DNA of 64,000 bases. It comes from an uncultured Acidobacteriota bacterium (GTDB taxonomy: Bacteria; Actinomycetota; Acidimicrobiia; Spongiisociales; ZC4RG35). The stretch's first letter is position 1, and each line of letters opens with the position of its first letter. The notes beneath the pieces were generated by a model. That model searched no databases, was not told the origin of the DNA, and worked only from the letters and a program-made list of their open reading frames with translations. The stretch is taken from positions 192,001-256,000 of the forward strand of contig CAWHEU010000018.1 of NCBI GenBank assembly GCA_963828465.1, in the 5' to 3' direction. Below are positions 8,919 to 17,668 of the stretch, one piece after another. The position numbers and the translations under genes are program-made.

Positions 8919-10076
8919 GTGAACGAGCCGGTACCCAATGCGGTCTGGCATCGACGGCTGGCGATCGCCGCCGCCGCCCTGATTGCGGCCTTCTATCTCG
9001 GCTCGTTGTTCCTTTTCGGGAACACGGGGCCGTGGGGATGGGGCGACCTTCTGGGTTTCTCCCTTTGGATCTCGTTGTTCACCGTGGTCGGCGTGATCAT
9101 CGCCTTTCATCGACCGGGAAACCGGATCGCGTGGATCTGTCTCGGATTCAGTGGCGTTTGGGCTATTTGGATCTTCCTCGAAGGAGTCCTCGCGTATGAA
9201 TCCGCTAATCCCGGCTCCTTGAGCCGACCGGACCTGATCGTCGCATTGGCCTATCCGTTGTGGGTCCCAGGAGTAGGTCTGATCGGCTTTCTTCTCTTGT
9301 TGTTCCCCGACGGGCACCTTCCCTCGCCTCGCTGGCGGACTGTCGCATGGCTGCTCGGCGGCGACATTGCGCTCCTCACCCTCACCGGTTTCTTCCTTCC
9401 GGGAGTGGTCCAGGAGACGGAGTATGTGAACCCGCTGGGCATTGAAGCGTTGGAGACGTTCGATCAAGGGATACCCGGTTTCACCCTTGTGGTGATCCTC
9501 GTCTTGTGCATCGCGGCTGCGGCCGTCTCCGTTGTCATCCGCTATCGAACGGCGGTCGGGACCGAGCGCCTGCAACTCAAATGGATGATGGCGGCAGGTG
9601 TGGTGGCCGCAGGCGCCTATGCCCTCCTGTTCATATGGGACGACTTCAACATCCAACTCGTGTGGGCACTGATCCCGTTCGCCATCGGGATGTCCATGCA
9701 CCGGCACCACCTATATGAGATCGACCGACTGATCAGCCGGACCATCGTCTACGCGGTCGTGGTCGGGGCCTTGGCAATCGTGTTCGCCTCGGTCATCTTC
9801 GTCCTTCAGGAGGTGTCGCCGTTCCAGGAAGATTTGGCGGTGGCTGCATCGACTCTGGCGGCGGCCGCGGCTTTCAGCCCGGTTCGAAACAGGGTTCAGA
9901 AGCGGGTGGACCGCCGATTCAACCGGTCCCGCTACGACGCCGAGCGAGTCTCCGTCGAGTTCGCCAACGGTCTGCGCGACGAGACCGACTCCGGCCAGAT
10001 CGTGGACGGCTGGGCGGGCGTGGTGACCCGGACCATGCAGCCCACGAGCATGGGCATCTGGCTGAAGCCAGACTGA
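8919..10076 (+). CDS. Multi-pass membrane protein resembling the sensor part of actinobacterial histidine kinases, without a kinase domain
   Basis: Many hydrophobic helices; FPDGHLPSPRWR, ERLQLKW, LYEIDRLISRTIVY, VDRRFNRSRYDA. Confidence 0.75.
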   Translation: MNEPVPNAVWHRRLAIAAAALIAAFYLGSLFLFGNTGPWGWGDLLGFSLWISLFTVVGVIIAFHRPGNRIAWICLGFSGVWAIWIFLEGVLAYESANPGSLSRPDLIVALAYPLWVPGVGLIGFLLLLFPDGHLPSPRWRTVAWLLGGDIALLTLTGFFLPGVVQETEYVNPLGIEALETFDQGIPGFTLVVILVLCIAAAAVSVVIRYRTAVGTERLQLKWMMAAGVVAAGAYALLFIWDDFNIQLVWALIPFAIGMSMHRHHLYEIDRLISRTIVYAVVVGALAIVFASVIFVLQEVSPFQEDLAVAASTLAAAAAFSPVRNRVQKRVDRRFNRSRYDAERVSVEFANGLRDETDSGQIVDGWAGVVTRTMQPTSMGIWLKPD

Positions 10077-10079
10077 GAG

Positions 10080-10107
10080 TTGTCATCTCCTGTCAGACGC
10101 GTATGCT
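10080..10107 (+). promoter_or_regulatory. Putative sigma70-type promoter of the his operon
   Basis: TTGTCA (10080-10085), 16-nt spacer, TATGCT (10102-10107). Confidence 0.5.
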
Positions 10108-10117
10108 CGTGGACGAA

Positions 10118-10174
10118 ATGAACCGGCTCTTCGCCCACGGCCATCATCACCATCACCCTTCATGGGTCGGATGA
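10118..10174 (+). CDS. hisL: His operon leader peptide MNRLFAHGHHHHHPSWVG
   Basis: 18 aa with 6 His codons (5 consecutive, 10142-10156) directly upstream of hisG and of attenuator hairpins. Confidence 0.88.
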   Translation: MNRLFAHGHHHHHPSWVG

Positions 10175-10205
10175 CGATGGGCTGAGGCCGAGAAGCCACC
10201 AACGC

Positions 10206-10239
10206 AAACGCCGACCCAAGCGGTCGGCGTTTCTCGTTT
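10206..10239 (+). terminator. His attenuator terminator hairpin
   Basis: AAACGCCGACC-CAAGC-GGTCGGCGTTT then CTCGTTT; the 5' arm (CCGACCCA 10211-10218) can instead pair with TGGGTCGG 10163-10170. Confidence 0.8.
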
Positions 10240-10282
10240 ACGAGGGCGATATCCCGGCCGCACGGCGGGAAGGAACCCCGAC

Positions 10283-11152
10283 ATGAGCACCGAGCCGACG
10301 ATCCACCTGGCCCTCCCCAAGGGGCGAATGGAGACAGGTGTCTTCAACCTGCTCTCCGCCGCCGGCATCGAGCTGCACGTCGGACAACGGGGTTACCGAC
10401 CGGTGCTCTCCGAGCCCGGGTTCGAGGTGAAGCTCCTCAAACCACAGAACATCGTCGAGATGCTGGCGGTCGGGACCCGCGACATCGGTTTCGCCGGCGC
10501 CGACTGGGTGGCGGAGCAGCAAGCTGATTTGGTCGAGCTGCTCGACACCGGTCTCGACCCGGTTCGCATCGTGGCCGCCGCCTCGGAGAGCCTGCTCGAT
10601 GAGAGCGGCAATCTCCCGAATCGAAGACTCGTCGTGGCCAGTGAGTACGAGCGACTCACCCGGTCATGGATCGCCGATCGACAACTCGATGCCTCGTTTT
10701 TGCGCTCATACGGGGCAACGGAGGTCTTCCCGCCCGAGGACGCCGACGTCATCGTCGACAACACCGCCACCGGGGAGACCCTGGCCGCCAACGGGTTGGC
10801 CGTGGTCGATGAGCTGATGCCGTCTTCGACTCGCTTCTACGCGAGTCAGGGCGCCGTCGCCGACCCCGACAAGAAGAGCGCGATCGACGGGCTGGTGTTG
10901 AGCCTGCGCTCGGTGCTCGACGCGCGGAAGAGAGTCATGCTCGAGCTCAACGTGTCGCTCACTGACCTCGACGCCGTCATCGACGCATTGCCCGCCATGC
11001 GCGAGCCCACCGTGGCCACACTCCATGGTGGTGCCGGCATGGCGGTAAAGGCGGCCGTGCCCCGAAACGAGCTCCCCCGCCTGATCCCCCGGTTGAGGCA
11101 ACTCGGCGCCACTGACATCGCAGTCTCGAAGCTGGAGCAAATCGTCCCATGA
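10283..11152 (+). CDS. hisG: ATP phosphoribosyltransferase, long form
   Basis: LALPKGR, DIGFAGADWVAE, YGATE, IVDNTATGETL; C-terminal regulatory domain LPAMREPTV. Confidence 0.95.
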   Translation: MSTEPTIHLALPKGRMETGVFNLLSAAGIELHVGQRGYRPVLSEPGFEVKLLKPQNIVEMLAVGTRDIGFAGADWVAEQQADLVELLDTGLDPVRIVAAASESLLDESGNLPNRRLVVASEYERLTRSWIADRQLDASFLRSYGATEVFPPEDADVIVDNTATGETLAANGLAVVDELMPSSTRFYASQGAVADPDKKSAIDGLVLSLRSVLDARKRVMLELNVSLTDLDAVIDALPAMREPTVATLHGGAGMAVKAAVPRNELPRLIPRLRQLGATDIAVSKLEQIVP

Positions 11153-12821
11153 GCTCACCCGCTACCTATCTCCCGCCGGGCTTCGCCGTGCCCATCGATC
11201 TCGACCTCTCCAAGAACGAGGGGCGAAGCCGGGCTGAAGAGCTACTCGACGCGATAGACGACCCGCGGCGATTGGTCGGCCGTTACCCGGACACATCTCC
11301 CCTTCGCGCCCGGCTTGCCGCCCTGCACGAGGTATCCGAGGATCGCGTTCTGGTGACAGCCGGGGGCGATGATGCCCTTTCCCGTTGTTTTCTCGCCCGA
11401 GTCTCCGAGGGCGGCGAGGTGGTCAGCACCTATCCCACATTCGAGATGATTCCGCGCTACTCCGAGCAACGAGGGGCGAGGTTGTCGGAAGTGCCCTGGT
11501 GGACCGGCCCGTTCCCTGTGGATGAGGTATTGGCGGCTATCGGGGACGACACCGATGTCGTCTTCATCGTCTCGCCCAACAACCCGACGGGTGGTGTGGC
11601 GACCGAGATCGACCTCCTCAAGGTGGCCGGTGAAGCGCGATTGCTCGTTCTCGACGCCGCATATGTGGAGTTCGCCGAGTCCGACCCGACGCCCGCACTG
11701 CTCGAGCTGGACAACGTGGTCGTGACCCGGACCATGTCGAAGGCTTACGGGCTCGCTGGTCTCAGGGTCGGGTATCTGCTGGGGTCCCCGGAGCTCGTCG
11801 CGGCCATCGGGGCCTTCGGCAACCCGTACCCGGTCTCTGCACTCTCTGCCGCCCTGGCCGAGACCCGGCTGGACCGTCCCCTCTTGGAGCTGACGACATT
11901 CGTCGACGAAGTGAAGAGGGAACGGGTCGTCCTGACCGGCACCCTGACCGGTGTCGGCGCTCGCCCGCTCCCATCCGAGGGGAATTTCGTCCTCGCCGAA
12001 TGCGACGACGCCGACTGGGTGGTATCTGCTGCTGCCTCACTTGGCGTCGGATTGCGCCGATTCCCGAGCCGGCCCGGGCTCGAGTCGGCGGTCAGGATCA
12101 CCGTCCCCGGCGACGCCGAGGATTTCGACCGGCTGGTGACGACCCTCGGCTCGGTGTTCGACCCGCAGGCGATCATCTTCGATCTCGATGGGGTGATCGC
12201 CGATGTCAGCGGCTCCCAGATCCACGCCATCATCGAGACGGCCCGTAGCTTCGGTGTAGAAATCGCGCCCTCTGACATCGAAGCGGCCAAGACCGATGGC
12301 AACAGCAACGACGACTGGGAGCTGACCCGACGTTGTGTCTCGATCGGGGCGTGGACGCCCCGATCGAGGTGGTGACTGAGCGGTTCGAGAGCCTCTATCA
12401 AGGGAGTGGATCCGAGCCCGGGCTCAAGCTGGCGGAGACATCGCTGGTTGATACCGGGACCTGGCAACGGTGGGCCGCTAGGAGGCATCTAGGCATCGTC
12501 ACCGGGCGCCCTCGCTCCGATGCGGTCGAGTTCCTCGAGCGTTTCGGCCTCACCGAAGGGCTCGCTGCCCTGGTGACACGGGAGGATGCCCCGCTCAAAC
12601 CTGACCCGGCGCCGGTGCTGAAGGCTCTCGAGATCATGGGAGTGAACCGGGCCTGGATGCTCGGGGATACGCCCGACGATCTGGCGGCGGCACGGGGAGC
12701 CGGAGTTGTGCCCATCGGGGTCATCGCACCGGGCGACGACCCAACACGAGCCAGGGAACGCCTGCGGCCCGCGGCCCGAATTCTCGACAAGACGATCGAC
12801 CTGGAGGAGATGCTGCCATGA
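11149..12821 (+). CDS. hisC: Histidinol-phosphate aminotransferase fused to a HAD phosphatase (one base missing near 12332)
   Basis: [30 protein letters not shown]; HAD motif I FDLDGV lies in the first ORF and motifs VTGR, KPDP and GDTPDD lie in ORF 12333-12821; the junction reads ELTRR|LCLDRG. Confidence 0.88.
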
Positions 12822-13402
12822 CACGACGATCAGAGATCCAACGTGAAACCACCGAGGTCACCATTCGTGGCCACCTCGACATCGACGGGACCGGTGCCTC
12901 AGACATCAAGACGGGACTTGGCTTTCTCGACCACATGCTGGCGGCCCTGGCAAAGCACGGGCGATTCGATCTGACCCTCACCGCCACCGGCGATACCGAC
13001 GTGGACGACCACCACACAGTCGAGGACTGCGGCATCGTCCTCGGGCGCGCCTTCGACGAGGCACTCGGGGATCGCACCGGCATCGCCCGTTTCGGATATG
13101 GCTATGCCCCACTCGACGAGTCGCTGAGCCGGGCGGTCGTCGACCTCTCCGGACGCCCCTGGCCCGAGGTGTCGATCGATTTCACCCGGGAAACCATCGG
13201 CGACGTTGCCACCGAGAACATCATCCACTTCCTCAGGTCATTCGCCATCGAGGGTCGGATGGCGCTTCACGTCGACCTGTTGCGCGGAGACAACGACCAC
13301 CACAAGGCCGAGTCGGCGTTCAAGGCACTGGCGGTCGCCCTTCGAGCAGCGGTGGCCGCCGACGGCGACAGTGTGCCCAGCACCAAGGGAACGCTGACTT
13401 GA
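12818..13402 (+). CDS. hisB: Imidazoleglycerol-phosphate dehydratase (monofunctional)
   Basis: [26 protein letters not shown]. Confidence 0.97.
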   Translation: MTRRSEIQRETTEVTIRGHLDIDGTGASDIKTGLGFLDHMLAALAKHGRFDLTLTATGDTDVDDHHTVEDCGIVLGRAFDEALGDRTGIARFGYGYAPLDESLSRAVVDLSGRPWPEVSIDFTRETIGDVATENIIHFLRSFAIEGRMALHVDLLRGDNDHHKAESAFKALAVALRAAVAADGDSVPSTKGTLT

Positions 13403-14007
13403 GACTGGTGACCATCGTCCCCACCGGGACGGCCAACACCGCTTCTGTCGTCGCTGCGCTGACCCGCCTCGGGGCGGCGGTCGAAGAGGCGGCTTCGGCC
13501 GGCGACGTCGAGTCCTCTCCGGGCGTGGTCCTCCCCGGGGTGGGCGCCTTCGGGTCCGCCATGGGCAGGATCGACTCCCTGGGTCTCGCCGCCGCGATTC
13601 GGGGAAGGATCGAAGTCAATCGACCCACCCTTGCAGTGTGCGTCGGGATGCAACTCCTCAGCCGGCACAGCGAGGAGAGCCCGGGAGCCACCGGGCTGAA
13701 GGTGCTCGAAGAGACGGTGGGCCGTTTTGGTGACGGAGTGACGGTGCCCCAGATGGGTTGGAACCGCGTCGAGCCCGGCCCCGGATCCCGGTTTGTCGAG
13801 TCGGGCTGGGCCTACTTCGCCAACTCTTATCGGATCGACCGGCTCCCCGAGGGATGGGTTGGCAGCAGCACCGACCACGGTGGCGAGTTCGTCTCCGCAC
13901 TGGAGAAAGGTGATGTCCTCGCCTGTCAGTTCCACCCCGAGCTCTCCGGTGAATGGGGCGCCCGCCTCCTCGACCGCTGGCTCCAAAGAGTGGAGACGGC
14001 GGCATGA
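13399..14007 (+). CDS. hisH: IGP synthase glutaminase subunit
   Basis: [26 protein letters not shown]. Confidence 0.95.
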   Translation: MRLVTIVPTGTANTASVVAALTRLGAAVEEAASAGDVESSPGVVLPGVGAFGSAMGRIDSLGLAAAIRGRIEVNRPTLAVCVGMQLLSRHSEESPGATGLKVLEETVGRFGDGVTVPQMGWNRVEPGPGSRFVESGWAYFANSYRIDRLPEGWVGSSTDHGGEFVSALEKGDVLACQFHPELSGEWGARLLDRWLQRVETAA

Positions 14008-14759
14008 CTCTGGCATCACGCGTCATTCCGTGTCTCGACATCAAAGACGGGCGTGTCGTCAAGGGGATCAAGTTCCAGGGTTTGCGGGACGCAGGCGATC
14101 CGGTCGAATGCGCCGGCCTGTACGAGCGCCAGGGCGCCGATGAGATCGTGCTCCTGGATGTGTCGGCCACGCCCGAGGGCAGGGGCCACGCGCTGGAAAC
14201 GGTGCAGGCAGTCCGCTCCGTGCTCTCCGTCCCCCTGGCGGTCGGCGGAGGGGTGAAATCGCCCGACGATGCCGGCCGTCTGCTCGAGGCTGGCGCCGAC
14301 AAGGTTGGGGTCAACACAGCTGCCGTGTCACGGCCCGGGCTCATCGGTGAGATTGCGGAGAGATTCGGGACCCAGTGCACTGTGCTGGCCGTCGACGCCG
14401 CCGCCGGCGAAGCGGGCTGGGAAGTGGTGGTGGAGAGCGGCAGGAAGAGGACCGGGCTCGATGTCGTCGAGTGGTGCCGAAAGGCGGTGGCGATCGGTGC
14501 CGGCGAGATCCTCCTCACGAGTTGGGACCGCGATGGGACCAGATCGGGCTACGACCTCGACCTGATCACGTCGGTCTCGTCTGTGGTGACCGTCCCCGTG
14601 ATCGCCTCGGGTGGCGCCGACCGGCCGGGCCATCTGGTCGCGGCGATCGAGGCAGGAGCCTCGGCTGCACTGATCGCCTCGATCCTTCATGACGGCGACA
14701 CGACGGTGGGAGAACTGAAAGCGGCGTTGCGTGAGGCCGGGATAGTGGTGCGGCCGTGA
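14004..14759 (+). CDS. hisF: IGP synthase cyclase subunit
   Basis: RVIPCLDIKDGRVVKG, GEILLTSWDRDGT, VIASGGA; start reassigned to ATG 14004. Confidence 0.96.
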   Translation: MTLASRVIPCLDIKDGRVVKGIKFQGLRDAGDPVECAGLYERQGADEIVLLDVSATPEGRGHALETVQAVRSVLSVPLAVGGGVKSPDDAGRLLEAGADKVGVNTAAVSRPGLIGEIAERFGTQCTVLAVDAAAGEAGWEVVVESGRKRTGLDVVEWCRKAVAIGAGEILLTSWDRDGTRSGYDLDLITSVSSVVTVPVIASGGADRPGHLVAAIEAGASAALIASILHDGDTTVGELKAALREAGIVVRP

Positions 14760-16021
14760 TCATCCCATCCATCGATATATCCGGCGGCCAGGCGGTCCAA
14801 CTGGTGGGTGGCGAGACGCCGGCCATCGAGGCCGGTGACCCACTCCCCATCCTGGAGCGCTTCGGCCTAGTCGGCGAGGTCGCGGTGGTCGATATCGATG
14901 CCGCTCGTGGCGAAGGCGACAACGCTGAGCAGATCACCGAGCTGTGCCGCCGGGGCCGTATCCGGGTAGGGGGCGGGATTCGGGACCTGGCCGCGGCCAG
15001 GCGATGGCTGGACCTGGGCGCTGAGAAGATCGTGATCGGGACCGCGGCAACACCGGACCTGCTCGGCGAGCTGCCCCGCGACCGTGTGGTCGTCGCGCTC
15101 GACTCGCGAGATGGCGAGGTGTTGATCCATGGATGGCGACAGGGGACGGGGACCGGCGTGTTGGAGCGAGTCCAGCAACTGAGGGGGCTCTGCGGTGGGT
15201 TCCTGATCACCTTTGTCGAGCGGGAAGGCCAGCTGGCCGGGACCGACATCGATCGGGCCGCGACGGTGATCCAGGCTGCGTCACCGGCGAGAGTCACAAT
15301 CGCAGGAGGCATCACCACCCCCGAGGAGGTGGCCGAGCTCGACCGGATGGGCGCCGACGCGCAGGTGGGCATGGCCCTGTATGGCGGGCAGCTCACCCTG
15401 GCTGGATCACTCGCCGCAATGATGCATTCCGACCGCCCCGACGGCCTATGGCCAACAGTCGTGGTCGACGAGCTGGGGACCGCCCTGGGGCTCGTCTATT
15501 CCAGTTCGGAGAGCCTGGACCGGGCGTTGGAGAAGCGGCAGGGCATCTATCACAGCCGCACACGCGGCATCTGGGTCAAGGGTGAGACGTCAGGCGCCAC
15601 CCAGGACCTCCTGGCGGTTGACATCGACTGTGATCGGGACACGCTGCGCTTCACCGTCAGGCAGAGCGAGCCAGGGTTCTGCCACACCAGCGACCGATCC
15701 TGTTGGGGTGAGGACTACGGCGTGGGGCGGCTGGCGAGACGTCTCGGGCAAATCGCCCTCTCCGATGACTCCGAATCGAACACACGAAAGCTCTTCGACG
15801 ATCCAGACCTGCTCGCAGACAAGTTGAATGAAGAGGCTGCGGAGTTGGGAGCGGCTCAAACCACGGAAGGTGTGATCCACGAGGCCGCCGACCTCCTCTA
15901 TTTCCTCCTGGTGAGGGCTCGTGCCGCAGGTGTGGGTCTCGATGAAGTGGCCAGGGAGCTCGACCGGCGGGAGCGCCGAGCCACCCGTCGGCCGATGACG
16001 ACGAAGGAGAGTCTGCCATGA
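14756..16021 (+). CDS. hisA: HisA-HisI-HisE fusion (ProFAR isomerase / PR-AMP cyclohydrolase / PR-ATP pyrophosphatase)
   Basis: IIPSID..G.AVQLVGG and VGGGIR (HisA); WVKGETSG, DCDRD, FCH..SCW (HisI); KLNEEAAEL, EAADLLYF (HisE). Confidence 0.9.
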   Translation: MIIPSIDISGGQAVQLVGGETPAIEAGDPLPILERFGLVGEVAVVDIDAARGEGDNAEQITELCRRGRIRVGGGIRDLAAARRWLDLGAEKIVIGTAATPDLLGELPRDRVVVALDSRDGEVLIHGWRQGTGTGVLERVQQLRGLCGGFLITFVEREGQLAGTDIDRAATVIQAASPARVTIAGGITTPEEVAELDRMGADAQVGMALYGGQLTLAGSLAAMMHSDRPDGLWPTVVVDELGTALGLVYSSSESLDRALEKRQGIYHSRTRGIWVKGETSGATQDLLAVDIDCDRDTLRFTVRQSEPGFCHTSDRSCWGEDYGVGRLARRLGQIALSDDSESNTRKLFDDPDLLADKLNEEAAELGAAQTTEGVIHEAADLLYFLLVRARAAGVGLDEVARELDRRERRATRRPMTTKESLP

Positions 16022-17262
16022 GATCGCTGCCCCGCACCGAGGTCCTGCCTGCTGTTGTTCGCCGCCCTGCCGACTTCGATACAGGGGATCTCATCGGCGA
16101 GATCATCGAGGACGTGCGTGCGGTCGGTGAGCCTGCGATTCGCCGGTTTTCCGAGCACTTCGGCGACCTGGCCCCGGGTGATCAGATCGCTCACGACCGG
16201 GCAGACCTCAAGAAGGCACTCGATCGGATTGGCCCCGACGAGCGCCGGACTTTGGAGAGCGTCGCTGCGCGGATCAGGCATTTCGCCGAGGCTCAGCGGG
16301 AGGCCCTTGTAGACGTCGACGTCGAGGTGGCTGGAGGCCGGGCCGGGCATCGCTGGGTACCGGTGTCATCGGTGGGCGCCTATGCGCCGGGAGGGCGATA
16401 TCCCCTGCCCTCCTCGGTCCTGATGACTGTGATACCGGCATGGGTCGCAGGAGTGAAGACGGTCTGGGTCGCCTCACCACGCCCGACCGACGTCACCCTG
16501 GCCGCAGCCGCCGTCGCCGGGGCCGACGGCCTGCTCGCGATCGGTGGCGCCCAGGCCATCGCCAGCCTGGCCTTTGGCGTTCTGTCTCCTGCCTGTGATC
16601 TCATCGTGGGCCCGGGGAACAAGTATGTAACAGCCGCGAAGAGGGCGCTCTTTGGTGAGGTTGGGATAGATGGCCTTGCCGGCCCGAGCGAGATCCTGGT
16701 CGTCGCCGACGACCGGGCCGACCCCGCGTTGGTCGCCGCCGACCTGCTTGCCCAGGCGGAGCACGACATCGACGCCCTGCCACTCCTGGTGACGACCAGC
16801 TTGCGTCTGGCCAATGACGTGGATCACCAGATCGAGCTTCAGCTTGCCGACCTGCCAACCTCGTCGGTTGCCCGGCAAGCACTGACCAATGGCTTCTCCC
16901 TCGTGGTCGGTTCGTTGGATGAAGCAGTGTCCGCTGCCGAGCTGGTGGCGCCAGAGCATCTGGCCCTGCACGTCGAGCAGCCGGAGGATCTGTTGGGGAA
17001 GCTCACGTCTTACGGCTCGGTGTTCCTCGGTGGGCGGAGCGCCGAAGCGTTCGCCGACTATGGAGTCGGCCCCAACCACGTTCTCCCCACTGCGGGCGGG
17101 GCCAGGTACCAGTCCGGGCTCTCGGTGATGACATTCCTCAAGGCTCCGACCTGGTCACGGCTCGACGACCCAGCGGAGTTGATCGAGGACACGGTCCTCC
17201 TCGCCCGCCTCGAGGGTCTCGAGGGTCATGCGCGCGCCGCGATGATCCGTGTCGAGCCGTAG
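16018..17262 (+). CDS. hisD: Histidinol dehydrogenase
   Basis: YAPGG, GPGNKYV, AGPSEI, LLAQAEHD, APEHL, GPNHVLPT. Confidence 0.96.
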   Translation: MRSLPRTEVLPAVVRRPADFDTGDLIGEIIEDVRAVGEPAIRRFSEHFGDLAPGDQIAHDRADLKKALDRIGPDERRTLESVAARIRHFAEAQREALVDVDVEVAGGRAGHRWVPVSSVGAYAPGGRYPLPSSVLMTVIPAWVAGVKTVWVASPRPTDVTLAAAAVAGADGLLAIGGAQAIASLAFGVLSPACDLIVGPGNKYVTAAKRALFGEVGIDGLAGPSEILVVADDRADPALVAADLLAQAEHDIDALPLLVTTSLRLANDVDHQIELQLADLPTSSVARQALTNGFSLVVGSLDEAVSAAELVAPEHLALHVEQPEDLLGKLTSYGSVFLGGRSAEAFADYGVGPNHVLPTAGGARYQSGLSVMTFLKAPTWSRLDDPAELIEDTVLLARLEGLEGHARAAMIRVEP

Positions 17263-17304
17263 TGCCATCTGCCTAGGGTGGGACGCCCGACGAAAGGAGA
17301 GCAC

Positions 17305-17667
17305 TTGCCGGGCGAATTGGCCTTTGTCGAGTTTGGTGTCGAGGACGTAGAGAAGGGGCGAGTCTTCTACGAGAGCTTGTTCGGGTGGAAGTTCGAGCAC
17401 GGGCCGACAGGCCAGGGATATGTGGTCTCACTCCCCAACGTCGGCGGAGGGATTCACGGCGAGGACCAGGGCGCCGCCCCCTATCTCTTCTTCAGGGTCG
17501 ACGACATCGACGCCGCCGCCGAGCAGGTCCGGGAGCTGGGCGGATCTATTGACGATGTCGACGTCGAAGGAGACGCAGAGTCGATCGCGCGCTTCGGCCG
17601 GTTCAGGCTGTGCAAGGACGACCAGGGCTCACCATTCGGCCTGCATCAGGCTCCTCTGCCCATGTAG
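17305..17667 (+). CDS. VOC/glyoxalase-family protein
   Basis: FYESLFGWKF, FRVDDIDAA..VRELGG, DDQGSPFGL; TTG start after AAGGAG. Confidence 0.85.
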   Translation: MPGELAFVEFGVEDVEKGRVFYESLFGWKFEHGPTGQGYVVSLPNVGGGIHGEDQGAAPYLFFRVDDIDAAAEQVRELGGSIDDVDVEGDAESIARFGRFRLCKDDQGSPFGLHQAPLPM

Positions 17668-17668
17668 G

